Shown: positions 20,607-32,233 of the stretch, in pieces
Layout: each line of letters begins with the position of its first letter
How positions within the stretch are numbered: the stretch's first letter is position 1
Origin: a virus
Lineage: Duplodnaviria; Caudoviricetes
Length of the DNA stretch: 64,000 bases
Reading direction: 5' to 3' (one strand)
Virus record (IMG/VR): IMGVR_UViG_3300010352_000284
Span: 16,443 to 80,442 of that record
Notes under the pieces: model-generated
The model's input: the letters and a program-made list of their open reading frames with translations, nothing else
Databases searched by the model: none
Told to the model about the DNA's origin: nothing
Program-made: the position numbers and the translations under genes

Positions 20607-20980
20607 TGAGCGAATTATTTATAAATGGGTATGCTATAGATTTGTCAAAGAATTCGTTAACTGATTCGGATGTATATGATGCCAAAGCTTTGATACAATC
20701 TGTTGAAAATATTCTTCTAACTATTCCTGGAGAGCGTGTGTTTGAGCCGGGATTTGGTTCTCCTTTGATGGCAACAGTTTTCAAAAATCTCAACACGGAA
20801 TCTGGCGAAAAATTGTTAGACTCTTTAATTTCATCGATAAATAGATTTGAGCCGAGAGTTAGAGTTCTTCCTAAACAATGTGGCCTTGAGATAAATCAAG
20901 CTCAGAATAAATTGACTATAAGTATTGTATTTATCGCATTAAAAACTGGAAATGTAATAACTTATAGAAAAACTGTTTAA
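20606..20980 (+). CDS. Baseplate wedge protein, gp25-like
   Basis: IQSVENILLTIPGERVFEPGFGS, FEPRV. Confidence 0.9.
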   Translation: MSELFINGYAIDLSKNSLTDSDVYDAKALIQSVENILLTIPGERVFEPGFGSPLMATVFKNLNTESGEKLLDSLISSINRFEPRVRVLPKQCGLEINQAQNKLTISIVFIALKTGNVITYRKTV

Positions 20981-20991
20981 GAAAGGGATTT

Positions 20992-22179
20992 ATGAACATT
21001 GTAATAGTTCCTTCTCACAATCAAGCTGAGAATATTGATAAGATTATAGCTGGATATGATAAGCAAACAGTTCCTCCAGATTTGTTGATATTTGTTCTTG
21101 ATAGATGCACCGACAATTCAAGAGAGGTTTTTTCAAGAAAGCAAAGCAAGATTCGGAAAGTCTGTCTTATAAAAAATTCAGGAGATAATTTTACAGCGGG
21201 AGCAACAAGAGATTATGGATTATCTTATGTTGAAGAGAACTATCCAGAATATACAAATGTGATTTTTACAGATGGCGATTGTGTGCCTTGCGAAAAACTT
21301 GTAGAAATTCATTTAGATTGTTTGTCTCAGTCATCAAAACCAGCAGTATCTTGCGGTATGAGAATAATGGTTCAGCAGGATGGGTCAGAGAAACAAGATG
21401 AACGACTTGATGAATCTTGGACAAATGATTATTCGTTCACTGACAAGAATGCGAGATTGTTAATATCCTCAAGAGTTACATTAGAGAGTATTTTCACATA
21501 TTCTTGTAATTTTGCGTTTAACAAATCAGCAATTTTATTAATAAAGAAAATAAACAAACAGTTATCAAATAAATCTAGACTATTCAACCCTGAGTTCGAT
21601 GGAAGTTGGGGAGGTGAAGATAATTTTATTTCGGATTGTTTGTATAGAACAGGAAATAACATTTTACTAACATCAAAAGAATGTTATGTGAAACATCAAT
21701 GGCATAAAGAAGCTGATAAATCCGATATTGGGAAGAAACGACATATTGTAATCAGATTATCGGAACGTTTGAAATCTTTAATTTTGAAAGAACAAATTCC
21801 TGGAGAATTTTCTATATTTGAGAAAAACCGAAATATTTTATTACCTACAAAATTCATTCATCAAGAACTTAGTAATATAAAAAAAATTGTAAAAGCCGAA
21901 TCGGGCTTAAGTATTATTGATGAAATTAAATACCCTTTTGAGATTTATGGAGATGATATATTAACAATAAAATATATGTTGTCTAGGAATAAAATAACAA
22001 TCGCTGCTACAGAATTTAATGGTCCTAAATATGTTGAATATACTAGAACAGATTTCTTAACAGATTTCTTAACACATATTAAAATATATTTACGAAATGA
22101 TTCTTTTGAAATTGATTCTTCGTTCAAACCTATGAAATCTCTAAATAATATCATGAGGACTCAATCGTGGACAATTTGA
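20992..22179 (+). CDS. Family 2 glycosyltransferase (paralog of 495..1358)
   Basis: HNQ, FVLDRCTDNS, FTDGDCVP, WGGEDN. Confidence 0.8.
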   Translation: MNIVIVPSHNQAENIDKIIAGYDKQTVPPDLLIFVLDRCTDNSREVFSRKQSKIRKVCLIKNSGDNFTAGATRDYGLSYVEENYPEYTNVIFTDGDCVPCEKLVEIHLDCLSQSSKPAVSCGMRIMVQQDGSEKQDERLDESWTNDYSFTDKNARLLISSRVTLESIFTYSCNFAFNKSAILLIKKINKQLSNKSRLFNPEFDGSWGGEDNFISDCLYRTGNNILLTSKECYVKHQWHKEADKSDIGKKRHIVIRLSERLKSLILKEQIPGEFSIFEKNRNILLPTKFIHQELSNIKKIVKAESGLSIIDEIKYPFEIYGDDILTIKYMLSRNKITIAATEFNGPKYVEYTRTDFLTDFLTHIKIYLRNDSFEIDSSFKPMKSLNNIMRTQSWTI

Positions 22180-24767
22180 ACTATACGAATCTAACTTATA
22201 CTGAATTAAAGCAGGGTCTTGTTTCGAGAATGTCACAAGACCCGAGGTTTTCAAATTTCACAGAATCAGAATTAAATACAGTATTATTAGAAATATTCGC
22301 AGCTACTACGGATTTCACAAACTATTATATTGGTCGCCGTGCGGAAGAATCTTTCTTAGATTCTGCCAAGCTTAGAAGTTCGGTTGTAATGCTTTCTAAG
22401 ATGCTTGGTTATGTTGTTCAAAGACCAATTCCATCAACCACATCGATTCAGGTTAAAATCAAATCAGGAACTCTTGGGCAAATATTTACATTACCAAAAG
22501 GAACTTCATTTTCTTACAACGGTAATAGTTATGTACTAAAAGATACAATATCATATACAATAACTCAAGACGATGTTAATAATTTTGCAACAGATCCTTC
22601 ATATGTTATTATTCTTGAGTTCTATGATATTAATGACAAAGGAATATTAAAAGCTTCAGATGAGATTGAAGATTCCAATAAGATTCCAGTTTATCTAATT
22701 CAAGGTGAGTTTAAGACGTTTGAAGTGGCTCCTACTAATAACAATCAATTAAACACCAGATTCCAAACATATAAGATTTTTGATAAAGACTTTTCAAACG
22801 TGTTTGGTACCGAAGATTATGGATATGACAATTCAACAGGATATATCGATGTAACTTCAAATTATACAAGAGTTGGTGTTGGTGAAAATGAATCAGAAGC
22901 ATTTGCTGATGATATGTCTGTTTTTGGAGCTTCAGGGGAATTTTATATTGACCGCCGTTCTTTCTTAAATGATGCTACAATAAACATGCTATCTGCTACA
23001 GGAACAGGGGCGACTACAAAATACTGTGTTGTCAGAACTGCGATTGATGATAATGTAGAAATTTTATTTGCCGATGATAGCATTGGTAAAATTGGTCCAA
23101 AGAATAACGAATCATTATTTGTTAGATATTTCTCAACAAAAGGTTCATTTGCTAATGAAGTAGGTGCTGCTGGAAAGATGATTCAATGTCAGTCCTCCAA
23201 TTTCGGCACTGGATTTGGAACAGCAAATGTTGATTTTTATCTCCGAAAAAATATAACTGGAGGAGCAGATAAAGAAAGCATAGAATCTATTAAGGTCAAT
23301 TCCCCAGGCATTTTCTATTCATTGGATCGATGCGTTTCTTCAAAAGACTATGTTAATTTTTTGAAGACTTTAACATCTCCTATAAATGTGAAGAATGCGA
23401 TTGCTTGGGGTGAACAGGAAGAAACCAAAGATGGAAATGTTTCAAACTTAAAGATGTTCAATGTTGTTCTATTCAGCATCCTTGGAGAAATGTATCATAA
23501 AGACCAAGACGTTTATACAAGATTGTCAAATTCAACAGATTCTTACACATTGACAGCAAATAATCAATGGTTTAATTTATTAGTTGCTAGTGATTCAGTT
23601 ACTCCTTTGAGAGATGATAACTTTGATGCGGAACAAGATGTTGGTTTGGTATATTCTAAATTAAAAAATCGTTCCCAAGTTACTGTTAAAAATGTTTATA
23701 TTAGTCCAATCATAAAAGATTTGAAGATAACAGGATATATTTATTTGAATCCTCTTGCTGATAGAATTAAAACGAATCAGAAAATAACTGATGCGGTGTA
23801 TGGGTATCTAAATGAAAATGCAGACTTTGACACAAGAGTTTATATTTCTAAATTAATTGAAATCATAGAATCCTTCTCAGAAGTAAAACATGCTGATATT
23901 AAATTAATATCAAATCTTGAGAATTATCAAGACGCAGATTCTTTTTATGTTACATCCGATTCTTTAGCATTCTCAGCAACATCAGCATCATATTCAACGG
24001 ACCCTATTGGAAAGGTTTATAATTCTAAAATAAACGAACGGGAAGTTTCGTCTCCAGAACTTGTATCGTGCTATTCATTATATCTCTCTCAATTATCAAA
24101 ATTCACATCTGCTTATTCTGATGGAACTAAGCAGGCAATTATAATGGCAATGCCAGGGTTGGAAACCAAAACATTCAAGATTGATCCAGCTTTGAATGGA
24201 AATCAAAATTTTGTTAGAACTGAACTTGTGTGGCCATCAAATAATATATGGAATAAAAAAAATTGTAGTTATGGAAGTGTGATAGATTCTTCAACAGACA
24301 TTATAACAAATTTTGTACCTTCTGAGAGAAATTTTTATATTGGAATGATGAAATGTGTATATGAAAAACTTAAATCTTTAGGTATTTCGCAGGATTCAGT
24401 AAATACAATAAATAAAAAACTTGAAGCGTATTATTCAAACAGCAGCCAATGTGTTGGATGCTCTCTTAGAACAATTCAAAACGAAGTAACTCATTCCTCA
24501 TCAAATTTAAGTTGGGAACATTTCCATCGTTGGTTTCTTCCTGTTCACCCCAAGCAATCGCATGTTTATAATTCAAATCCTATTGAAATACAGGATTTTT
24601 TGGATACACATTTTGAAATTGTATGTGATATGTTTAGAAATTCTTTTATAAATAGTCTTCAAAATTCAGTTCTTGATGCATATTCAAATGCTTCGATATT
24701 CTCTATGAAAAATGAAATTGTCAGAATAAAAGCTCCAGATTTGTCACAATATATTTATTATAAATAA
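22167..24767 (+). CDS. Baseplate wedge protein, gp6-like
   Basis: ESFLDSAKLRSSV..L.K.LGY, GGADKESIESIK..SP, RCVS..DY. GTG start with GAGG. Confidence 0.85.
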   Translation: MDNLNYTNLTYTELKQGLVSRMSQDPRFSNFTESELNTVLLEIFAATTDFTNYYIGRRAEESFLDSAKLRSSVVMLSKMLGYVVQRPIPSTTSIQVKIKSGTLGQIFTLPKGTSFSYNGNSYVLKDTISYTITQDDVNNFATDPSYVIILEFYDINDKGILKASDEIEDSNKIPVYLIQGEFKTFEVAPTNNNQLNTRFQTYKIFDKDFSNVFGTEDYGYDNSTGYIDVTSNYTRVGVGENESEAFADDMSVFGASGEFYIDRRSFLNDATINMLSATGTGATTKYCVVRTAIDDNVEILFADDSIGKIGPKNNESLFVRYFSTKGSFANEVGAAGKMIQCQSSNFGTGFGTANVDFYLRKNITGGADKESIESIKVNSPGIFYSLDRCVSSKDYVNFLKTLTSPINVKNAIAWGEQEETKDGNVSNLKMFNVVLFSILGEMYHKDQDVYTRLSNSTDSYTLTANNQWFNLLVASDSVTPLRDDNFDAEQDVGLVYSKLKNRSQVTVKNVYISPIIKDLKITGYIYLNPLADRIKTNQKITDAVYGYLNENADFDTRVYISKLIEIIESFSEVKHADIKLISNLENYQDADSFYVTSDSLAFSATSASYSTDPIGKVYNSKINEREVSSPELVSCYSLYLSQLSKFTSAYSDGTKQAIIMAMPGLETKTFKIDPALNGNQNFVRTELVWPSNNIWNKKNCSYGSVIDSSTDIITNFVPSERNFYIGMMKCVYEKLKSLGISQDSVNTINKKLEAYYSNSSQCVGCSLRTIQNEVTHSSSNLSWEHFHRWFLPVHPKQSHVYNSNPIEIQDFLDTHFEIVCDMFRNSFINSLQNSVLDAYSNASIFSMKNEIVRIKAPDLSQYIYYK
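24759..24766 (+). promoter_or_regulatory. Late promoter (TATAAATA, exact T4 consensus)
   Basis: Upstream of SD GGAG and ATG24785. Confidence 0.6.
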
Positions 24768-24784
24768 CTTTGACGGAGAATATT

Positions 24785-27700
24785 ATGTCAAAGATAGATT
24801 TGCGTGTTACTAAAGGCCAGAATTATAATGATAATTCTTTATATTCATTAAGCTTTGAACTACAAAACAATGATACCTCGGCTGTAAGTTTGTCGGGTAT
24901 TAGAATTGTAGGAAACTTTTGGTCACAATCTCCATCATATTCAAATTTAACTTCCGGAATTTATAGTAATGGTATTATTAAGCAAATTGTTAGTGCTTCA
25001 TCTGACAATTCTTCTCAAACCGGTATTGTTCAATTATCCAATACTCAATCAGTGTATCGTGTAAACCATCAAATGATAGACAGTTCAAAAATAGCACCAA
25101 TTGTTACTTTAAATATACCAGCAAATGGATATTACATTTCTCCCGTTAGTGTTACAAACCGAACAGATTTTTACTTTGACATTATTTTAACTGAAATTCC
25201 ACCATCAAATAATTATTCGGTTTCGTGGTTTATACCAAATACTGCGGAAACTTATTCTGGAATTACAACGGCAGTCGATAGCCCAAAAATTTCTTTCATA
25301 TCAGCAGCACCATCAGTACGTGTTGATTCTAGAAGAAGTGACTCAAAATTTATCATCGGTTGGGCAGATTCAAAAAGCATACCATCTAACTGCGCGTTGA
25401 TAAGTGCTAATTATTATATTAAACCAACTTCCGGAAACTTTTTTTATTCATCAAAACCTAATAATCATTGGTATAGCAAACTTTCAGATTCTACGATTTG
25501 CATAGATGACTCGTTCTTTTCTTTAGAACAATGGAACGGATCAGCCTGGATGCCAGTTTCGGAATATAATGAATATGGTATGATTGATTCAGGCATGGTA
25601 TACGGACCCACAATGTCTAACCAATTAACATATATTTCAACGTCCGCCGATTATTCTGTTTATATTCAAAGTGGTTCAAGCAATCCATTATCGGCAAATA
25701 AAAGTGATAAGAATATTTTAAAATTAAACAGCACAGGAGCAGCAAAGGCACGTTCATTAATAAAATTTAATAGTCTAAATATTCCAACATCAGCAACTTC
25801 TATCAGAAACGCAGTCCTCAGAATAACAACAAATGCCATTTCGAATGGATGGACTTATACAGGAACTTCTGGTAACGTATCGGTACATCGTATCACAAGA
25901 GATTGGAATCCATCAGAAGCAACTTGGACTTCAGCCACAGTATTTTCTCCATGGACATCCCAGGGAGGAGATTTTGAAGATTCGTCAAATATTTGGATTG
26001 GAAATACTAACTTAAACAATTCTTTTACATCGGCTAGCTCAAATTCAGCTTTTTATGTTGATGTTAATGTTACGGATATTGTTGAATATTGGAGGCAAAA
26101 TCCATCAGAAAATTATGGGTTTGCTGTTAAATTAAATCCAGCAATTCAGGAAAATAGTATTTCAGCAGTATCATATTCCATTAATTCTTCAAGATCAACT
26201 TCAGGAACACCAACATTATTTGTAGCATATAACTCTCCAAATAGCAATGGCCCAGTACCAAATGTTACAATTGAATCACCATCAAGCAATTCGTCTATTA
26301 TTAATAGTTGCGATTTTGTAGTTTCTACGAATATTCTGGCAGGAGCAGTTTCGGATGTAAAGATATATCAGCAAACAGATTCTATGAATAATGTGTATAT
26401 CGGTTCTTTGAAATATACTAGCAATAATATGTGGACTGGAACATTGCCCCTAAATGTATCAGCAACGACTATAAAATTGTTTGCTAGGGCGGAATCTGAT
26501 CTCGGTGTATATGGATTTAGTGATATTATTCAGTACACCGTTGTAAATGTATCAAATCCTATTATAAATCCTATGGGAATATTTTGTTATTCTGACGATT
26601 TTAATGTTAGTGGATCATATTTTCAATCAGCGCCAAACTCAATATTAGTCGAATATTCAGGGAATTATATACCCGATACTTTGAAAATAAACAAAATTGT
26701 GGAAGATAAAATTTTTCCAAACGTTATATGGTTTACAACTTCTAATAATGGTCTTTGGAGATATGATCCGGCTACAGGAGTTGCTAAAAATTATAATACA
26801 CAAAATTCGCCAATACTGAGTGACAATATATATGCCATTGCAACAAAATATGATGGAAACATTTATATTGGTTGTCGTCAACTAGATTCGGTAATTGGTA
26901 TAGGAATTGTAAGATTTGATGGAAATAATTGGAATTCGTTTACTGATAATGATTGGGAGATTTTTGATAAATCTAATTCAACATTAACGGACTTCTCAAA
27001 TATTGATGTTTCGTCAATTATAGTTGATTCGAGCGATAATGTTTGGTTTGGCTTTTCTTGGCAGACCGCACAAAATATTTTAAGAATGGTTGGCAATAAT
27101 ATAAACAGCCCATTTATTCAAAAATATACTGCGGATAATTCTGGTATAAACAACATGAAATATGAAAATGGAAAGCTTGTTGTTTGTCATCAGAATACAT
27201 CAATAAGCTTATATTCGTCTGCTTCAAATAATTTTTCTACAATTACAAATTCATATTCAAATGCACGAGATATTTCAGTAGATTCTTCTGGAAACTTGTG
27301 GGTTTGTAATGATGGCGGATTATCATTTTATAAAACCTCGACATCGACATGGACATACGCAAATGATACAAATACTCCAGCTTGGCCTAATGGATTGAAT
27401 GGTAATTCTACACATTTTAGAAATAATTCATGTAACTTTATAATTCTTAGTGGAACGAATAAATATTTTGGATTTGATACTGGAAATTCAAACCAATATA
27501 ATGGGGGACTTGTTAAATATACAGGAACTACATTTGATTTGAGTGCTACATCAAGTACAAATAATTGGTCGGTTATTGATAAAGATACTACAATTTCTTT
27601 CTTATCAAATAAAACAAAATCTGGAGTAATTACCACAAATGGAACTTTATGGGTTTCAACTGATACTGGTATTACTAAATTAAATTCCGTATGGAGTTCT

Positions 27701-30700
27701 CCTAGCAAAAAGAAAATAATTCAAACATCTGCCGTCAATAATGGGAATTGGTCTTCCACAATTTCGGATATTCAATATTCTACACCAATTAATATAGATG
27801 TTAAATTTGACTATGATAATTATGTTTTATCAGCATCTACCATACTTAGCGCGGGAAGGAATCCAATAATTACAAGAGTATATCCAACCCAATCAGACAT
27901 TTCTATATATAGCAACGATAGTAAATTGTTTGAATTTTCTGTGTCTGGGGTTGATTTTACTCATGGAGAAACCGCAACATATGAAGTTTATAAAAGCGCA
28001 GATAATATTAATTGGTTTTTATTTGATGCGGCTTCCGTTACAAAAAATATCACAATATATGATACTCCAACTTCAGGACAATCGGTTTGGTATTATGTAA
28101 ATGTAGTTTCAAATTATGGATGCTCAGCAACATCACAAAAAGTATTAGCTTATGGAAATATTGCACCAACAATAACAATTTCGTCACAATCGTCAGCATA
28201 TAATACATCAACATCTGCTACAATTTCTGGAACATTTTATGATTTAGATTTTGGGAAAACTATTACTATTAATTCTTCTTCTAGATATGATTCTGTTAGC
28301 GCAATAACAGTTTCATCTGATAAAGGATATATAGGAAATGCCAATATTGTATATCAGCAAACAGGGGCCATTCCAGGGATGTGGAATTTAATTTGGAATA
28401 ATCCAACTGCTTCAGCTACAAAAATATCAGCAACAATATATGATACTTTTGGCAAAAATTCAACAGCATCATCTTCAATTTCTTCTGTAAAAACAGCTCC
28501 AATAATTACTTTATTGAATCCACCAACATCCGGAATTTTTTCATATCAAGCAAACCCTGTAACAGTTAGTGCAACGGTTTTTGGAACGTCTAATATTTCG
28601 GCAGTTGATTTTTACTTATCCGGAACAACATCGACATTAATAGGAGCCGCATCTTTATCAGGTTCAACTTGGTACAAAACATTTAATGTTAGTGCTGTTT
28701 TGTCCTCTTTTAATAATATTGGTGGAACTTATGGAATTTTCGCGTCAGCAATTGATTCAAATAGTTTGACGGCGATCTCGGAAGTTCATCCAATATCAGC
28801 AAACAATCTTCCACAATTCTTTCTAACAAACCCTGTTGGCCAATCTTGTCATTCAGGAACTATTGTTATTGAAGGAAATGTTTCAGATAAGGATAATTCA
28901 AATGAAAATCTTGTTGAAATGTATGTCGGTGGTACGAAAATAACAAGCGCAATGACAACTGCGAAGAAGTTTTTATATTCGTGGACAAATCCAACAACAG
29001 GAATATTTGATATCACCTTCACCACTCGAGATTCTGCATTGTCTGCCGATTATTCAAATACCACTTATACGTTATCTGCTGGTCAGAAACCAACAATTAC
29101 CGTGTATGATAACTATACGCATGGAATAAAAAATGATTCAACTGTGATTCCATATATTAATGTTGTAGGAACTTCGGCAATAGTATCCGCAAGTTCGTCT
29201 TCGGCTGATTCATATTCTATAAACTATTGGTATTGTGATAGTTCCGAAGCAAAAACAACATTAATATCTGCTAATACAACATCAGCAAACGTTACATTCC
29301 AAAAATCATTTGGAAGCACAACAAACATTTTGGTAGAAACTGTTACGATTGCTGGATGCTCTGATGCTCGTATTCTAAAATTTTATACACTTCAGCCAAT
29401 AGTTGAACTTGAAAATTTTAATAATTGCTCTGAGAAAATAAGAATAGCCGGAACATTAGATTTTGATGGTATAATTGGAACAAATTCTTTAATAGATACA
29501 ACATTTATAGCTAAATTATACGCTGATGATGTATATATTTCAGATTTAACACTTTCTCAATATGGGGCAAAATATAGATTTGATTATTTGTGGGAAACCC
29601 CAATTGTTGGTACATCTAGTTTGAAATTTGAATGTGCTACTTCTTATGGAAATTACAGCACAACTAAGCAAATTCTCCCAATAATGCCAAGCACAGTAAT
29701 TAATCAAATAGTCCCATCAGAATTTATATCAAATTATAACAACATTTATATCGTGTCAGCTAATTCGATTCAGTTAAGTTCTTCTATTTTAGATGTTGCT
29801 ACAAATCAAATAATTATAGAAACTGAGAACTCGATTAATGTAGCTTATTCAAATTCAAGTTCAGCTATTATTGGATTGAAAAAAGATATTCTTTATAATA
29901 TCAAATCAATAATTACGACAAATGGTGGATGTCAATTGATTTCCGATTACATCACTATTATTAGAACAGATTATTCTCAAAAAATAACAAATGTCGCGTC
30001 GGTTGGCTGTAGCAATTCGTTGATGAGCGTCGCTGGATATATTGGAAAACTAAGAAATATAACTGGAAACTATGATTCATCAGCAACTCCAAATATTTTA
30101 ATTACCGAAACAATTAATAGTGATGTTTATGAGCAGCCATCAAATACGTTAATATATTCGGTTTCAGCAGACTCATTAAATAATTATCAAGATGTTAATT
30201 CTATTGGATTTGTATTTGATTATTATCCGTCTGTTGGTACGAGTTCGATTCAATTATCATCAAATTCATCCTTGTTTAATTCTTATACAACCAGCATTGT
30301 TATACCTACAATTGTTTCAGCACAGGCGGTTAATTTAACAGCAGCATCAACTACAGTTGCTATAGGAAATTCCTTATCAATAGGAATACAGGATTATTCA
30401 AATTTAGCAAGTTGCATTATTTATGCGAATGATAATATTATAGCATCTTCATTTACAACATCATGGATTCCTATGTATCCAGGAATTTATAATATTGTAG
30501 CAAAAACAAAAAATATTAATGGGTGCCCAATCAATTCTAATATCTTAACAATAACAGTTACATCAATGCCTGTTGGAGTAATTACAACACCCGCAAATAA
30601 TTCCTATATAATGTCAGGAACTCAGTTTGATGTATCTGTTCTAACATCTCCAAGTTATTATGGAAATATAAGTGCTGTTGAATTTTATGACAGTACTAAC

Positions 30701-32203
30701 ACGTTAATAGATTATGGAACAAATATTGGAAATGTTTGGACTGTTACTGGAGTATCAAATATATCTGGAGTTTATGCTAAAATTTATGATACTTCTTTGT
30801 TAAGCGCGACTACCAATAACGTACATATTAATTTAATAATGCCAACAACTACAACAATTTCAGCATCTTCAGCGAGTTATAATATGTATGATAATGTCGT
30901 GGTAGCTGTTTCGGGATATTCTCCAAATACAGGAATATCAACAATTGAAATATACGAAGTTGTTGGTACATCATTGGTTTATATTTCTGCTACAAATTCT
31001 GAATTGATTATACCAGCGAGTATCTTCGGTCAAGGAAACCACACATTAAGAGCAAAAACGATTGATTATTATGGAGCATATTCATATTCCCAAGACATTT
31101 CATTCTCAGTTATACCAGCTAGCAAAAACACATTCCCAAAAATTACATATGTTTCTTCTAATCCTGAAACAAAAATTTCTGAATATGGTAATGAAATTGT
31201 TTCAATATTTACAATTTCTGATAACTCTTATGGAATATTAAGTGCTTCAATCGGGGTTGATAATGGAACAGTTAAGAGCATTACCTCGTTAAATGGGCAA
31301 AACAAATACCAGATTGAAGTTGGGGTTTCTGGAACTTGTAATTTAACAGTTTCCGCGACGAATAAATTAAATAATACTAAAACCGAGACAATTTATAATT
31401 ATATTTTCTCGTGTCAAGATAATCGAGATATAAATCTAACAAATTATATTCCAAATCACTTAGCATTTGATGACTCTGGTAATACTTCGGAATTTTTCAC
31501 TTTAACGAAATTCTATGAATATTATTTGAACACACTTTACACAAATTTGGATGAACCATGTTCTATTGGTGTCCTGGAAAAAACTTCACGTCTAAGAAAT
31601 CTCCACGATCCCGATAAAATGGAACTGGATTATATTCAATATTTCGCAAATTACTTGGGATATAATGTAGATGTCAATAAAGCAGAACTTGGAGGGTTTA
31701 CAACGTCTCCCAATAGCTCTTCCTACAATGACGGCCCGGACAATTCGGAAATTTTTAGCGAATATCAGAAAAAAGCATTGCGATTTGTAGTTAGAAATCT
31801 TCCAAACTGGTATTCAATTAAAACCACCAGAAATTCGATCAAAATGCTACTGTTATCATTTGGAATTTTTGGAGATTTGCTGGAAGTTTATACAAATGAT
31901 TATACAAACGACTGGTTTATAAATTCTATACCCCCAGGAACTTATGTTGCTGACGATATGATTATTGATAGATATCCAACTCCGCACATGTTTGTTGAAA
32001 TAGATATTAATAGTACGAATTTGAATTACATATATGGTTCTGAACAAAATCTAACATCATTATACAAAAGTTTTGATTCGATACGGCCAGCAAACGTAGT
32101 ATTTGAAGGCATTCTTGGTAAAACTGAGAATTCAACTCAACCAATATATACTGTAAATGCTGCTTGTATGATGGAAAAGGACTATTTTATTTCAAACCTC
32201 TAA
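24785..32203 (+). CDS. Giant S/T/N-rich virion protein: DNRLRE-like domain, beta-propeller, Ig-like repeats, C-terminal gp7-like baseplate domain
   Basis: ARSLIKF..RITRDW..SEATW; SDNIYAIAT..DGNIYIG-type blades; P.ITI repeats; DPDKMELDYIQYFANYLGY..KTTRNSI. Confidence 0.65.
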   Translation: MSKIDLRVTKGQNYNDNSLYSLSFELQNNDTSAVSLSGIRIVGNFWSQSPSYSNLTSGIYSNGIIKQIVSASSDNSSQTGIVQLSNTQSVYRVNHQMIDSSKIAPIVTLNIPANGYYISPVSVTNRTDFYFDIILTEIPPSNNYSVSWFIPNTAETYSGITTAVDSPKISFISAAPSVRVDSRRSDSKFIIGWADSKSIPSNCALISANYYIKPTSGNFFYSSKPNNHWYSKLSDSTICIDDSFFSLEQWNGSAWMPVSEYNEYGMIDSGMVYGPTMSNQLTYISTSADYSVYIQSGSSNPLSANKSDKNILKLNSTGAAKARSLIKFNSLNIPTSATSIRNAVLRITTNAISNGWTYTGTSGNVSVHRITRDWNPSEATWTSATVFSPWTSQGGDFEDSSNIWIGNTNLNNSFTSASSNSAFYVDVNVTDIVEYWRQNPSENYGFAVKLNPAIQENSISAVSYSINSSRSTSGTPTLFVAYNSPNSNGPVPNVTIESPSSNSSIINSCDFVVSTNILAGAVSDVKIYQQTDSMNNVYIGSLKYTSNNMWTGTLPLNVSATTIKLFARAESDLGVYGFSDIIQYTVVNVSNPIINPMGIFCYSDDFNVSGSYFQSAPNSILVEYSGNYIPDTLKINKIVEDKIFPNVIWFTTSNNGLWRYDPATGVAKNYNTQNSPILSDNIYAIATKYDGNIYIGCRQLDSVIGIGIVRFDGNNWNSFTDNDWEIFDKSNSTLTDFSNIDVSSIIVDSSDNVWFGFSWQTAQNILRMVGNNINSPFIQKYTADNSGINNMKYENGKLVVCHQNTSISLYSSASNNFSTITNSYSNARDISVDSSGNLWVCNDGGLSFYKTSTSTWTYANDTNTPAWPNGLNGNSTHFRNNSCNFIILSGTNKYFGFDTGNSNQYNGGLVKYTGTTFDLSATSSTNNWSVIDKDTTISFLSNKTKSGVITTNGTLWVSTDTGITKLNSVWSSPSKKKIIQTSAVNNGNWSSTISDIQYSTPINIDVKFDYDNYVLSASTILSAGRNPIITRVYPTQSDISIYSNDSKLFEFSVSGVDFTHGETATYEVYKSADNINWFLFDAASVTKNITIYDTPTSGQSVWYYVNVVSNYGCSATSQKVLAYGNIAPTITISSQSSAYNTSTSATISGTFYDLDFGKTITINSSSRYDSVSAITVSSDKGYIGNANIVYQQTGAIPGMWNLIWNNPTASATKISATIYDTFGKNSTASSSISSVKTAPIITLLNPPTSGIFSYQANPVTVSATVFGTSNISAVDFYLSGTTSTLIGAASLSGSTWYKTFNVSAVLSSFNNIGGTYGIFASAIDSNSLTAISEVHPISANNLPQFFLTNPVGQSCHSGTIVIEGNVSDKDNSNENLVEMYVGGTKITSAMTTAKKFLYSWTNPTTGIFDITFTTRDSALSADYSNTTYTLSAGQKPTITVYDNYTHGIKNDSTVIPYINVVGTSAIVSASSSSADSYSINYWYCDSSEAKTTLISANTTSANVTFQKSFGSTTNILVETVTIAGCSDARILKFYTLQPIVELENFNNCSEKIRIAGTLDFDGIIGTNSLIDTTFIAKLYADDVYISDLTLSQYGAKYRFDYLWETPIVGTSSLKFECATSYGNYSTTKQILPIMPSTVINQIVPSEFISNYNNIYIVSANSIQLSSSILDVATNQIIIETENSINVAYSNSSSAIIGLKKDILYNIKSIITTNGGCQLISDYITIIRTDYSQKITNVASVGCSNSLMSVAGYIGKLRNITGNYDSSATPNILITETINSDVYEQPSNTLIYSVSADSLNNYQDVNSIGFVFDYYPSVGTSSIQLSSNSSLFNSYTTSIVIPTIVSAQAVNLTAASTTVAIGNSLSIGIQDYSNLASCIIYANDNIIASSFTTSWIPMYPGIYNIVAKTKNINGCPINSNILTITVTSMPVGVITTPANNSYIMSGTQFDVSVLTSPSYYGNISAVEFYDSTNTLIDYGTNIGNVWTVTGVSNISGVYAKIYDTSLLSATTNNVHINLIMPTTTTISASSASYNMYDNVVVAVSGYSPNTGISTIEIYEVVGTSLVYISATNSELIIPASIFGQGNHTLRAKTIDYYGAYSYSQDISFSVIPASKNTFPKITYVSSNPETKISEYGNEIVSIFTISDNSYGILSASIGVDNGTVKSITSLNGQNKYQIEVGVSGTCNLTVSATNKLNNTKTETIYNYIFSCQDNRDINLTNYIPNHLAFDDSGNTSEFFTLTKFYEYYLNTLYTNLDEPCSIGVLEKTSRLRNLHDPDKMELDYIQYFANYLGYNVDVNKAELGGFTTSPNSSSYNDGPDNSEIFSEYQKKALRFVVRNLPNWYSIKTTRNSIKMLLLSFGIFGDLLEVYTNDYTNDWFINSIPPGTYVADDMIIDRYPTPHMFVEIDINSTNLNYIYGSEQNLTSLYKSFDSIRPANVVFEGILGKTENSTQPIYTVNAACMMEKDYFISNL

Positions 32204-32233
32204 ATAGTTTAGTAAATAAATGATGAGGCATAA

